In this document: piece by piece, positions 22,829-35,165 of the stretch | Position numbering within the stretch: position 1 is the stretch's first letter | How the letters are laid out: each line of letters begins with the position of its first letter | Assembly: GCF_001194135.2 (NCBI RefSeq) | Contig: NC_068985.1 | Span: 113,005,508 to 113,050,724 of the forward strand | DNA length: 45,217 nucleotides | DNA from: Octopus bimaculoides | Taxonomy: Eukaryota | Reading direction: 5' to 3' | Notes under the pieces: model-generated | Database searches by the model: none | Seen by the model: only the letters and a program-made list of their open reading frames with translations | Told to the model about the DNA's origin: nothing | Position numbers and translations under genes: made by a program

Positions 22829-23300
22829 GGTCATTAAAAATGATAGTTTATTTTACTTTATCTCAAAAAAACCCCAATGCAGTGAATCAAAATAGGCACC
22901 TAAATTATCAGCTCAATTTTGCCATTTTATCGGTAGCTTATTTATGCCGACAGCGAAGAATGCTGGAGCGCAAGAGGTGACGAAATCACTAAAGGCTATA
23001 TTTGCATCTTCTACAGATTTGAAGTTTTTCCTTGCAAAAGTTGTGTAATGCCTGGAAAACATGGTAAATATGGTGGATGACAGAGAACTTCCAAGTTCAG
23101 TTCCTGTAACTTGAGTAGCGTTCTTTGTGCAAGATGTGGTCGAGCATTGTCTTGCAAGAGAACTGGCCTGTCTCTATTGACCAATCTCGATTGTTTAATT
23201 ACAAGTTCACTCATTTCATCCAATTGATTGATGTATACATCTGTTGTAATTAACTTACCAGGTCTCATGAAGCTGTAATGGATGACACCAGCGCTGGACC
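22826..23300 (-). pseudogene. Mariner transposase C-terminal half plus right terminus
   Basis: Minus strand: WSSAGVIHYSFMRPG...LLQDNARPH...LEVLCHPPY...FSDFVTS...GINKLPIKWQN*ADNLGAYFD; TA + TTAGGTC terminus abutting (ATT)n at 22824-22832. Confidence 0.9.
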
Positions 23301-23354
23301 ATCAAAGAGATATTAGCTTTTATCAAGACGACGTGTCATTTGATGCTCGTTCAG

Positions 23355-23452
23355 TTCAGTTCGGTAGAATTTGAACGTACAATGTAAAGACGTACGAAAT
23401 ACGGTTAATCATTTTTCCCGGGGTGCTAACGATTCTACCAGCTCGCCGCCTC
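23355..23452 (-). mobile_element. SINE C 5' fragment
   Basis: GTGCTAACGATTCTACCAGCTCGCCGCCT matches the C head reverse strand. Confidence 0.8.
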
Positions 23453-23455
23453 CAC

Positions 23456-23493
<38 letters not shown>

Positions 23494-23504
23494 AATAGTA
23501 ATAA

Positions 23505-23715
23505 TTATTTCGTCGAATTTCGGCACAAAGCCAGCAACTTTGATAGGAGGAGATTAGTTGATCATATTGATCTAAGTGCTCAACTGGTACTTATTTTATC
23601 GACTCTGAACAGATGAAAGTCAAAATCGATCTCAGCGTGATATGAACTCTCAACTTGTAGAGGCAGAACAAATGCCGCATAATATTTTTGTTAGACACTG
23701 TAACGATTCTATTAC
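23505..23715 (-). mobile_element. SINE C copy, tandem with the preceding one across a (TAA)n tract
   Basis: GGCACAAAGCC tail, CAACTGGTACTTATTTTATCGAC core, TAACGATTCTA head remnant. Confidence 0.75.
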
Positions 23716-24983
23716 GTTTGAACTAAAGGTAAAAATAATTATTACGTTGCCCTTGTGGCAAACAAAGAAAACATTATTATTATTATGTTTAATGTTGCTT
23801 TTTGTGTTGTGAGCTAAACAGATTTGTGTTCCCCGTAGAGGAAATAGATTTGCCACGGTTGTATTTAATGGAAGTAAGTTTCTTTGGTTAATTATCAGGA
23901 TACAGAATAGCAGAACTGTTTCAGTGTTCACGCTGTTTTGCCTTGGGTTGAAAACACAAGATTTGTCTTCGGAGATTTTACGTCTTTCTATTTGCAAAAC
24001 ATTTCGTCTTCTCATATTTCAAAAACACACTTTTTGCACTTGAGTAACAGAAAGGGGTGTTTGCCACTATGGTCTTAGCACCAACATAACCAAATGCGAC
24101 CTTCACTAGCCAAAACTAACTTGGGGAAAAATAAAACAAAACTTTATCTCTGCTTTAAAAACGATGAAAAAAAAGGAAAGGGAGAAAATATAAATAATAA
24201 CAAAGAAAAAAAAAAACAATGATTTTGTGGCAGCGTTGATTTAAACGTTTACAGTGAAATGGTAAGCAGCAACTACGAAACAATAACAAAAACACGCACA
24301 AAATTGGCGAGCGGATATGTTAGTGATTTTGGAAGTCGTTCTGTGCAAGCTATTTGTTAGGAAAAAAAGTCTGAATTTAGAAAAGAACCAGTTGTAAAGA
24401 AAACAAAATTTAAAAGTATAGTGGTGTTGTATCATAAAAAATGTATGGCTGTAGAATTTTCCATAAGTAGGCCAGGTAAAAAGTGACATATCTCTTGAAA
24501 ACATACCGAGTGGTCTTCACGAAAAGAGGAGTTCTAGGTGTGCTCTTCCCCACAAAGAAAAAGAAAAGAAAGAAACTAAAGGAATTCCGTTCTGGTGTGT
24601 GGGATAGCGTACAGCCTATCGACTAGAGCTCGACATACAAAATTATTAGCCTGGTGTTGAAGACCGAGTGGTGATGCGATAGACAACAAAGAAATATATG
24701 TTTGTGTGTGTGAGACAAACCATAAATATTCATCTCTCATAGCTCCTGACATATTATGGTTTTTATACTTCTCATGAAATAATTTTATTGAGAGCATTTC
24801 TTCTGCATTTCAGCTGCAAGGACATTCAGCATTACACTTTTCTGTATTGGACATGTCATGTGGTCTGATAGCCGCGTTCGTTAGAGGAGCTTTGTGAGAT
24901 AGCCACATGAATTTCTGAATCTGCCGCATCTTATACTACAAATTTATACAACACACACACACACACACACACGCACACACACA

Positions 24984-25026
<43 letters not shown>

Positions 25027-25277
25027 TGTTATACATCTACCAGCGGCATAACAAGAGTAAAGGTAGACAAGGAGTCTACGTAGGATTCCTAGACATGTTT
25101 CTACATAACGAAGGAGATTTTACAAAGAATCTCATACGTGAAAATGTTTAACGGTACAGGAATAATAATCACGTAACTCTAAACTACAAAAAATAGATCA
25201 GAGCTTTTGCAAAAACCGGTTTAGCTTCGATTAAAACGGCTTTCAAAAGCCAGTATATCGCCATTATGAGTACTATA

Positions 25278-25900
25278 TATAAATGCACGTGATCCGGGAA
25301 GAGTCTGGAAGTGAATTAATAAGTTGAGATGTGGTGACCATCGCTCGACCTCCTTCTAGTCAACACAGAGTTCTACACCTCTTTCAGCCATTTCTAGGCA
25401 GGCTGATGTTGTGTTGGAAAGTCCTGAATCTTGGAGTAAATATGATCTTAGATCCGAATGGTAAGTGGTTGGCACTCGACGTGAAGATTAGTGGACGAAA
25501 TAATGCATTCAGAGTAGTAACCATCTGTATTTGACAGTGGCAAGGAGATTACGCGTTTAGAAGCTTTCATCAAAGTAAGTATCTTATCTTTCGCCGTGAG
25601 TGGGTGGCTGGAATATCCTCTTACATGCACGCAAGGATTATGTTGGAATAGCTGATAGAAGAGGGCGAGTATAAGACTCGCAAAGTTGCTCAGGAAATTC
25701 CAGTTGGTTGGCATGTGCCATTTGGAATTCTGGAATATATACCAATTCTGATTTGGGTAAACGACAGCTGGGCACCCAGGTTTCACACACAATTTCTATT
25801 AGATTAACCAATAAGGATGGTGTCAGTTGCCTCTTGTTCAACTCTACACGTACGGCCATGATGCAGCAACCAGTAACCAACCCTGTTCAAGACGCGTACA
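25278..25900 (+). pseudogene. Decayed APE endonuclease domain of an L1/Tx1-type LINE
   Basis: Across frames: INARD, ILDPNGKWLALDV...AFRVVTI, VGGWNILLHARKDYVG (GDWN motif, 25600), KLLRKFQL, DGVSC; many stops and frameshifts. Confidence 0.7.
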
Positions 25901-26945
25901 CAGTGACGATACTCTCCGACACGCACTCGCTCGGTGCATTTGTGTCAGTAGTCAGTGAGATTGTGTTGGATCCGCTCTTCGGCCGATGCTGTAGTGAGGA
26001 TCGAACCAGTGTCTTCCCCTGGTAAAAAAAAAAAGAACAGCTTGTCATCCTCTGTTCGGCGGCTATGGCGAACGTTTGAGGACAGCTCTTTCTTTTTCTT
26101 CTCCCCCAGGTCAACACTCGATCAACCATTCAGCCATTTATGCGACTGTGGAGGTTAAATTCTACATACCCTTCGATTATAACGATTAGAGACCTCTCTC
26201 AAGACAGCTACTTCTAACACCACCANNNNNNNNNNNNNNNNNNNNNNNNNNNNNNNNNNNNNNNNNNNNNNNNNNNNNNNNNNNNNNNNNNNNNNNNNNN
26301 NNNNNNNNNNNNNNNNNNNNNNNNNNNNNNNNNNNNNNNNNNNNNNNNNNNNNNNNNNNNNNNNNNNNNNNNNNNNNNNNNNNNNNNNNNNNNNNNNNNN
26401 NNNNNNNNNNNNNNNNNNNNNNNNNNNNNNNNNNNNNNNNNNNNNNNNNNNNNNNNNNNNNNNNNNNNNNNNNNNNNNNNNNNNNNNNNNNNNNNNNNNN
26501 NNNNNNNNNNNNNNNNNNNNNNNNNNNNNNNNNNNNNNNNNNNNNNNNNNNNNNNNNNNNNNNNNNNNNNNNNNNNNNNNNNNNNNNNNNNNNNNNNNNN
26601 NNNNNNNNNNNNNNNNNNNNNNNNNNNNNNNNNNNNNNNNNNNNNNNNNNNNNNNNNNNNNNNNNNNNNNNNNNNNNNNNNNNNNNNNNNNNNNNNNNNN
26701 NNNNNNNNNNNNNNNNNNNNNNNNNNNNNNNNNNNNNNNNNNNNNNNNNNNNNNNNNNNNNNNNNNNNNNNNNNNNNNNNNNNNNNNNNNNNNNNNNNNN
26801 NNNNNNNNNNNNNNNNNNNNNNNNNNNNNNNNNNNNNNNNNNNNNNNNNNNNNNNNNNNNNNNNNNNNNNNNNNNNNNNNNNNNNNNNNNNNNNNNNNNN
26901 NNNNNNNNNNNNNNNNNNNNNNNNNNNNNNNNNNNNNNNNNNNNN

Positions 26946-26966
26946 NTATATATATATATACATATA

Positions 26967-27026
<60 letters not shown>

Positions 27027-27065
27027 CACACACATTTATGCACGCACATTCAAGCTCAAACAAGG

Positions 27066-27098
<33 letters not shown>

Positions 27099-27681
27099 TT
27101 CAGATACATATTCAAGATAAAGATAAAGATAAAGATGGGCAAAAATATCGATATACATTATTGATGCTTTTGCCATTTTTCATCAACCAATGAGAAGACG
27201 ATGATTCATCGAACTAATGGCGGATCTGTCCATGGATGAGATGTTTTATCTAATATAATTGTAATTAAGCAATCTTATGTTATATCGAGTTATTAACAAT
27301 GCCTCTCTAATAGATATGAAAAATGAAAGCGGCTGACTGATGTTTTTACTGCACATACATACATACATACATACATACGTACATACACACACACATATAT
27401 GTTATAGTGTACATATATACATATACTATGCACACACATATGTATATATAAACATATATATATATGCATATATATATATAAACATATATATAAATATATA
27501 TATATATGCATGTTTATATATATGTTTATGTGTGTATATATGTATGTGTATGTGTGTATGAAAATGACTCTCTGTCTGTCGGGCCGTCTGTATGTATTGT
27601 ATATGCATGTGCATGTGTATGTATGGTATATATGTGTGTATGTATGAATGCATTAGCACACACACATGTACAGATACACAT

Positions 27682-27728
<47 letters not shown>

Positions 27729-27896
27729 TATATATATATGTATGTATGTATATATATATGTATGTATATATATATGCACTCATATTAGAATCTTATAAAA
27801 GGTACCTTGACATTGAGTTTCGTATATGTTCATTAAGTAATGTTCGTGAGTGTGTGTGATATCCACACACTCTTTTATACATACATGCACACGCAC

Positions 27897-27932
<36 letters not shown>

Positions 27933-28200
27933 TCTCACACTCACACACACACGCACGCACACACACATATTTATGTATGTATCTGTGTGTGTGCGTGTGT
28001 GCGTGTGCGCGTGTATATGTGTATGCACTTACGTATATTTCTACAAATTTTCAATAAATATATCTTTAATTTAAAAGCATAAACCTTACTTGTATGTAAT
28101 ATACATGCACACACGAACACACACACACGAACACACACACATAGACACACACACACACACATAAATACACGCACGCATATACGTACATATATATACATCG
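26946..28200. repeat. Large compound (TA)/(CA)/(TATG)/(TG) microsatellite field with short unique spacers
   Basis: Directly visible. Confidence 0.9.
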
Positions 28201-28329
28201 CATATATAAAAATTGTATTATCATGATGATCGCCCGACGATACGTATAGACATAAATGTGACATTGTCTCCTATTTCTCCACCACGCTTAGAAAGTGAAA
28301 CTAATGGAACTTCTATGCAAATGCGTTTT

Positions 28330-28502
28330 ACAATAGCCCCAGGCCTACCATTGACTGCTGAGTGGATTTGGTGGACGGAGCAAGAGAACCCGATAGAATG
28401 AATATCTGACTTAAAAATAGGTACTGGAGTCAAATTGTTGGACTGCACACTTTAAGTGATGCCCCTGGATAGCAACAATCCAAGGGTTAAAACAAGTAAA
28501 AG
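28330..28502 (+). mobile_element. Degenerate, internally deleted SINE B
   Basis: GAGTGGATTTGGTGGACGGA...CCGATAGAAT...AAACAAGTAAAAG. Confidence 0.7.
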
Positions 28503-28710
28503 GTAAATGGTATTGGAAATAATCAGAATCCAGAACGTGTTAAAGGGGTTGATAGAATCAGCATCCTTTAGATCGCCAGCCTAACACTCTTCTACGAAGC
28601 GAAAAAACCGATAACCTGTGATGTTAATGCAACTAGCGCCATTTAGGTTTACTCTTGCGACATTCTGACACTGACTGGAGGGTCCGAGAGGTAAAGTGAT
28701 ACTGAGAGAC

Positions 28711-29170
28711 TCTATCCGTCTATCCATCTTCTACGCCCACCATTCCTGGGAAGATCATGGAGGTAGAATCCTCAGGTGTGTCCTTTTCTTGGATCCTATG
28801 AAAACCAACTGTCATTATACGCTCCGCTGGATTCCCAGGCATGACCAAATGAGATTATAGATATTATCCAACCATCTCGTTCTTGCTCTATCCATAGGCG
28901 TCTTGCCGGTTGGCTCGGTTTGAATAATCTGTTTTGTAGTTGTTTCCCGCCATATTCTAGTCACATGTCATAGTAATGGAGCTGTAACCTCTCAACGCTG
29001 AGAAGCAGTGATTCGACCTGGACAGACACCCTAATCTCCGAGCTACGCATCCTGTCGCCTAATGTTGCTCAAGAGATCCTTCAGAAGAACCCAGTTTCGG
29101 TCGTTCGTATTCGCAATCATTTATTACCCAACGTTCACGATCATAGGTGAAGATAGGCACGCAAGCTTAG
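28711..29170 (-). pseudogene. RTE-clade LINE 3' end (Expander/Rex3-like), decayed
   Basis: Minus strand: VPIFTY...W, RMRSSEIR..VQVESLLL.VERLQLHYY, PTGKTP.DRARTRWLDNI, LRILPP, ending in a degenerate (GATG)n-like tail. Confidence 0.85.
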
Positions 29171-29480
29171 ATTTAAAAAGAATATGCGATCTTTCAGTTA
29201 CGCATAAATTGTATATCTTAGATCCATTGGCATATGACACGGATTTCTCTTCGATTCTCCACTTGGTTGTATGTGATGTGTAGTTGGTCATCAAACCTCA
29301 TAAGTGGCTAGTCGACTTTGTGGATTTAATTTTGTCGATCTGCTGGAAAGAAGACAAGTGGTTTGTATAATACCTTTTGAAATCATCTTTGCATAACCAT
29401 ATGTAATCTTTCTTTTCAATTAGATTATCATTAAGCTTTGGTGTGATTTCTGCCTCATGTACGACGGAGTTTATCATAAA
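29165..29480 (-). pseudogene. Penelope-like GIY-YIG endonuclease fragment
   Basis: One minus frame: NSVVHEAEI...KDYIWLCKDDFKRYYTNHLSSF...ST..SHL*GL...KWRIEEKSVSYANGSKIYNLCVTERSHIL, fitting the PLE pattern YIG...FK.RY.NH..SF...W.I...CNLC..EK. Confidence 0.75.
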
Positions 29481-30719
29481 TGCATGGCCAAGTGGGCAAG
29501 TGTCAGAGTATCGACAGTTACAGCTAAGAATTTGCTTTTGGTGATGCTTACGAGTGATAATGTTCAGTTTTTCATATTACGACAGCGCGCGCGCGTGTGT
29601 GCGTGTATAAATGAATATATACTAGAGATACTTTACACTAGAGCTGCATTTATTTCCTATGTATATACATAAATAAATAACTATATACACGCATACATAT
29701 ACTCATATATGTTTACGACAGGCATTTGCGTAAATATTTTTTTTTTTTCAGTTAGACGCCACTGACACGACAATAGTCAATCCCTGGCTATAGTGAAATA
29801 TATTTTCCCAAGTTTCTGCACAATGGGATCGAATCCGAACCTACAAGGTCGTGAATCTATTACTTTAATGATAGGCCGTCCTCACGTCTTTCTAAACCCG
29901 ATCACGTTTGGCAAAATTGATGCGGTAGTCGTTTAGCTTAAACATTTACTGGTAAATGTCTCTATGCAAGAAGGCAGTTCCACTGGCCATATATGTTCTT
30001 TTACATTATATAGGAATACACTTGGTGATTTTCTATGTTTGTTTAAAATATCTGACCTTGTGTTATCTACAATTGGTTAAATATAAATAATTGTATAGGG
30101 GATTAAAAGGCTGAATACAATTCCATTACTAAATAACACACCAAAATAGCCTGCCGGTAACAACATATTTGTCTGTGATAATTTGCTTCATACATATATG
30201 AAACGGGAATCTTATCCGAAATATTATAGGATTATTAATCAGCCTAAGTAAAGTGATACGATGTCTTTTCCTTTTGTTTTTATTTATTTACATTACTTTA
30301 TAATTTTTTTTTAATTAACTCCTCTTCAATACTTAAAGAATATTTCAAACGTTAATATCATTTACACATTGCAATGCTTCATGTAGATTATAATATTTTA
30401 TTTATTATGTTACGGCCATCAATATTAATTATTAAATAACTAGCAAACTGCCAAAACAACAATATGGACGCAGTTATATAACATTCTCTAAACATACTAT
30501 ATCCGGTTACGTTAGCTTTTGACTGTTATGCTGAAATCACATGCCGTCTTCGTCACACACTTTCTTCACCAACCATTGCTTTTTCAAGCAGTCGTTTTAT
30601 TAGTCGTTCCATTGCGTGGGAGAAGCTTGGCTTACGAGTAGTCAATATTTAAGCTTTTGGTTGGTTTATGTTTGAGAATAGATAGAGTATTACCGTATAT
30701 TTGTTTCTATCATTGGAAT

Positions 30720-30923
30720 GCGCTCATGCTGAAGCAATCTTAAGAGGTTCAGACGAATAAATCGACCCAGTACTTTTCTTTTTGAAGTCTGGTACTTATT
30801 CATTCAGTTTCTGTCTACCAAATTCAATCACAAAGCTTTGGTCAGTTTGAGACACTTTCCCAAAGTGTCATGCAGTGGAAATGAACCTGGAGCCATGTCG
30901 TTAGGAAGAAAACTTCTAACCAT
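30720..30923 (-). mobile_element. Degenerate, internally deleted SINE B
   Basis: CTGGTACTTATTC...TCTACCAAATT...TTCCCAAAGTGTCATGCAGTGG...GAACCTGGAGCCATG. Confidence 0.7.
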
Positions 30924-31704
30924 AAAGTATCAGACTCTACTTTTCCCCGCCAAAACTAATGCTGCGTGGACAAAATACTTCAGGTGGGTGGTGACTCCAC
31001 CCTTCCTACGCATGCGTGAAATTTTTCAAGCCGTCAGACCATGTCAGTTCTTGGTTGCTACGCTTAGGGTACAGATATTCAAGTTCAAACCATCTAGAAA
31101 ATTCAGCAGGCTTTTGGCGATGATGCCACAGGCAAAACTCAGATCAAGGAGTGGTACAACCGCTTCAAATATAGTCGAATCTCAGTGGAAAGCGAGGTAC
31201 TTTCAGGCAGGCTAGCCACAAGCCGAAGGGAGAAACCAACTGAGAACGCTTGGTGAATAGTCATGGAAAACCGTCGTGTAACAATACAGGAAACTGCTCA
31301 CGAAGTGGAAACAAGCACAGGATCAGTACATTCAGTTTTAGCAGAGGAGGATTTGTGCATGTGGAGAGTGCTGGCGAAGGAGCAGAAGCAACATTGCATG
31401 TAAATTACTAAGGACATGCTAAGCTGTGCAAACCACGACCCAGATTTCATCACTGGTGATGGTACGTTGGTTTATGATCTCTGCTCGATGCGTTCAGTCA
31501 TCTTGCGTAAAGACGAAAATCCGACGGGCACGCAGTGCAAATCTGTACTCCAGGCGTAACAGCCAGGGACTGATGCAGCCTAGCGGCGCGAAAACTTTCC
31601 CACATGTGCAGGAAGGGTGGCGTCATCTCCCGCCCAAAGGACTTTTCCCACCCGGCATTAGCTTTGAAGAGAAAAAAAATGAAGTCGGATACTTTTTGAA
31701 CGCA

Positions 31705-31706
<2 letters not shown>
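30921..31706 (+). mobile_element. Non-autonomous mariner derivative with about 160-bp inverted arms and an N-terminal transposase remnant
   Basis: 31083-31480 translates VQTI*KIQQAFGDDATGKTQIKEWYNRFK...SGRLATS...RRVTI...ITGDGTLVY; 30921-31080 is an imperfect inverted repeat of about 31540-31700. Confidence 0.85.
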
Positions 31707-31751
<45 letters not shown>

Positions 31752-31799
31752 ATTGATGAAGGAAACAAAAGATAGAGCGCACACAAATATACATCCACG

Positions 31800-31900
31800 C
31801 CAAGACTCTGATCAGCCCGGGGCTATGGTAGAATACACATGACCAAGGTGCCACGCAGTGGGGCTGATCCGAAAACAACATGGTTCGGAAGCAAACTTTT
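31800..31900 (-). mobile_element. SINE B 5' fragment
   Basis: GGCTATGGTAGAATACAC...CCAAGGTGCCACGCAGTGGG...CATGGTTCGGAAGCAAAC. Confidence 0.75.
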
Positions 31901-32342
31901 TCTGGTTTCAGTCATGGAGATTTACATTCGTATACAGTTTATCTTGAAATTAATAGGCAGGAGAGACTGTTGAAAGCTCTGCTGGCCAACCGGTATTATC
32001 AAACAGCATCTAAAGCAACTTAATGTCGTAAAAATGACACGGCCATTTTAGACAATTTCTTACATAACTTTCCGATCGGTAATTTATTGGTGATGAATAA
32101 ATATGAAATATCTACAATAAATATATTTCTTACGAACTGGAATCTATTACATTTAATATGTCTCAACATAGGTCGAGATGCTTGACAAGATATAATTAAC
32201 TATGTCTGCTTCATATTCCAGCAGGAAGAATTGAATACAAGTCACTGTTTATGCTGTTATTTAGCCCTCGGTTGAACTTCAGTAGGTACAATTGCGATCA
32301 ATGGTATCCTCGCCATGATCATACCATCAACAGTACTGTGTA

Positions 32343-32600
32343 CCTTTACTTTTTAGCTTGTACTTGTTTCAGTTATTGGACTGCGGCATACCTTTAAGGG
32401 TTAGTCAAATAAATCGATTCCAGTACTTATTTTATTTAAGCCTCGTATTTATTCTATCGAGTCCTTTTACCGAACTGCTAAATTGTTAAAAGGTGGTGAG
32501 GAACAAACACAAAGCCCCCCCCCCACCACATATATATATGTGTGTATAAATGCATATATATATATATATATGTATATGTATATAAACGTATACGTACGCG

Positions 32601-32643
<43 letters not shown>

Positions 32644-32788
32644 TTATGATGGGCTTCTTTCAGTTTCCGCCTACCAAAAGTTCCATTGACGTTGGTCGAC
32701 CTGGGGTTATATTAGAAAACATTTTCCCATGGTGCCATACAGTGTGATTGAACCCAAAACCATGTGGTTTGGAAGCAAATCTCTTACT
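32343..32788 (-). mobile_element. SINE family B, near full length, degenerate
   Basis: Tail TACTTGTTTCAGT, internal (TA)/(CA), GGGCTTCTTTCAGTTTCCG, head AACCATGTGGTTTGGAAGCAAA. Confidence 0.85.
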
Positions 32789-33956
32789 AGAAATCCACAT
32801 ACATCAAATGTATCCCTTTTTAAAACAATGGTAAGGTGTGGAATTTGTCAGTTTTTAAAGCCTTGCAACAGACGGCTTATAGGATCCTTTGTTGGTTTGA
32901 TATCTTATAAAGTTCAGATGATGGCGAAGAGAATTCATAGCAGGTAGTTGTGAAGAATATGGTAAATGTTCCAAAATCCAGTATCTTGTGTTGTAACATT
33001 GTTAATGATTATGTCTTTCTATCACAAGCAAATACTGGTCCACACATGTCGAGGTAGTGGTTGATGTTGTCAGATGAATTTTTCATAATACTTGATTGGT
33101 ACAATATCTTATCATAAGTCGGTCCCGGTGGGTTTTGAACACAGAACGGCTAAACTCTGAAAGATATTTAGTCCGGTGCTCTTCCGTTTATTAGATAGTA
33201 GGAAAGAATTTTCTTCAGACAATATTTATTCTGCCATTTCGTCGTCCTTCTAATTATAGTCAACTGCCTGGCCCCTTGGATATACCACGATTTCACTAAA
33301 AGCAGACAGAAAGTATTAGCGGTCAATATGGCGTTGATTAGGACGTCTCATCCTCTTTCCATGCAATCTCTTGAGTTCGGTTTTAAAGCCCTCTACTCCA
33401 GCATCAAACACAGAGTTCCATGCTTTACATATTTACAACACAACAAAATAAATTTAATAAATTTAACAAATGACAAAAACTACCGAAATGAAATGTTTTA
33501 CTAATTTATGATTTGAAGATAAACAATAGTTTTAGTAAGTCATCCTTTAGTCTCACACGCGCGAAAGCTAATGGCGTGCGTACTTATATATATATACTCC
33601 CGCTCTCCCTTCCCACACAGCTAATTTTTGCTTGTGCGTGTATGCATTTTTGTATGTATGCGTGCCAAAAGCGTTCTTGTATGAGAGTGTATATGTGTGC
33701 ATATGTTTGAAGTGTTCATTTGAATCTCCTTCTCTCTCTCCCTCTCTCCCTCCCTATTTCTCTCCACCCCTCTCTATCTCTCGTACACACTTCTACCATC
33801 CTCTTTCCTCAGTTCGACAGATTGTTTGCACCACAGGAATCTATCGTTAGCCCTTTCATATAATAGATATTTCATAATCTTAGTAAGTGTACGATACATA
33901 TCTAGCGTACACCTAAGTTTATCCCACGTCTGTCTGTAAGAAAGACTCATCTAGTG

Positions 33957-34212
33957 CAGTGGTTCTCAACCAAGGTCCACATGGCCATTGGGGGCCCATT
34001 TAAGATCTTGTGGTTAAAATTTATATGTAAAAAATTAGTTATACTTCTACAATACACAAAGTATTTTAACAATTATTTTTCTATAATTCCTAATAATATT
34101 TAATTATAAAAATGTAGCAGGATTTTTTAAACATTAAATGGTTATGAGTGTCCATCCGAGTGTAACAGGAATCAAAAGGATCCACGGGAAAAAATGGCTG
34201 AGAAGCACTACA
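33957..34212. mobile_element. hAT (Charlie/MER5-like) MITE
   Basis: Termini CAGTGGTTCTCAACC / GGCTGAGAAGCACTA; 8-bp flanks ATCTAGTG (33949-33956) and TTCTAGTG (34213-34220) resemble the NTCTAGAN hAT target, with a 2-nt offset on the right. Confidence 0.75.
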
Positions 34213-34597
34213 TTCTAGTGTTCACTATAATTTGATGCGTTACGGTAGGCTAATAAAAACAAAATACCATAACAGGATCATGTCATTATAGATAGAGTGC
34301 TTAATATTATGTGTTCCAAAGAGTGCTTAACATTAGGTGTTCCAAGTACTGAGAGATTCCACTTAGCACTTTCCATTAACACGATTATAATTCATAGTAC
34401 TATTAAACTCATCGTTCGAGATAAACCATTTTTTTAAACATTATTTTACTCTGATGACGGTCAGATATCAAAGACATCGAAATGTAAAGTCGATGTAAAT
34501 ATTAATAAATGTTTCATCTCGAAATATGAAGTTAATAGACTGAAAAATTATAATCATATTAATAATAATGACTGATCTTAGATATTAGACTGTTATC

Positions 34598-34625
34598 TAG
34601 GGTTAGGGTTAGGGTTAGGGTTAGG
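34598..34625 (+). repeat. Interstitial telomere-type repeat, about 4.5 x TTAGGG
   Basis: TAGGGTTAGGGTTAGGGTTAGGGTTAGG directly visible. Confidence 0.9.
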
Positions 34626-34824
34626 CTTCTGAGATATCGATTTCTCACATAGATGCAAAGTGACAAATTTATAGAAAATTGTTATTGTCAACATTAGATC
34701 ATGACCGTTCCTTGGTTTGACGATTAGAGGGGATTTTAATACAAAGAGATTAAAGAGGATTTTAATACAAAACGTTAATGATCGAAACAAATGTTGGAGT
34801 GGTACTAGTTGGGTAAAGGATTTA

Positions 34825-35165
34825 TTAGGCAGCATATGTGAAAAAAGTTCATGTTCAGTCATTTCCACAGCGTGATGCCTTGAGCAAGTGTCTTCTACTA
34901 CCACTCCGGGCCTTGTGAGTGGATTTTAGATGACGGAAACTAAAAGAAACCTGCTCAGTGTGTGTGTGTGTGTGTGTGTGTGAGTCCGACACCTCCCGAG
35001 ATGGGTTGCTTATGAACCCGCTAACTTAGCGGTTCGTCCAAATTACCGATAAAATGATTACCAGACATTTCAAAAAGAAGTACACGGTCGATCTACTCGA
35101 CTAAACACTTCAAGGTCGTGTCCCAACATGGCCGTATTCCAATGGCTGAAACAAGAGAACTAAAT
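34825..35165 (+). mobile_element. SINE family B, degenerate
   Basis: CCTTGAGCAAGTGTCTTCTACTA core, internal (TG)n, ACTTAGCGGTTCG, GGCTGAAACAAG tail. Confidence 0.85.

Noticed and set aside
34294-34345. 26-bp tandem duplication AGAGTGCTTAA.ATTA.GTGTTCCAA x2
   Set aside because: Real, but an ordinary local slippage event with no sign of function.
34598-34625. True chromosome end
   Set aside because: Only about 4.5 units, with ordinary sequence on both sides.
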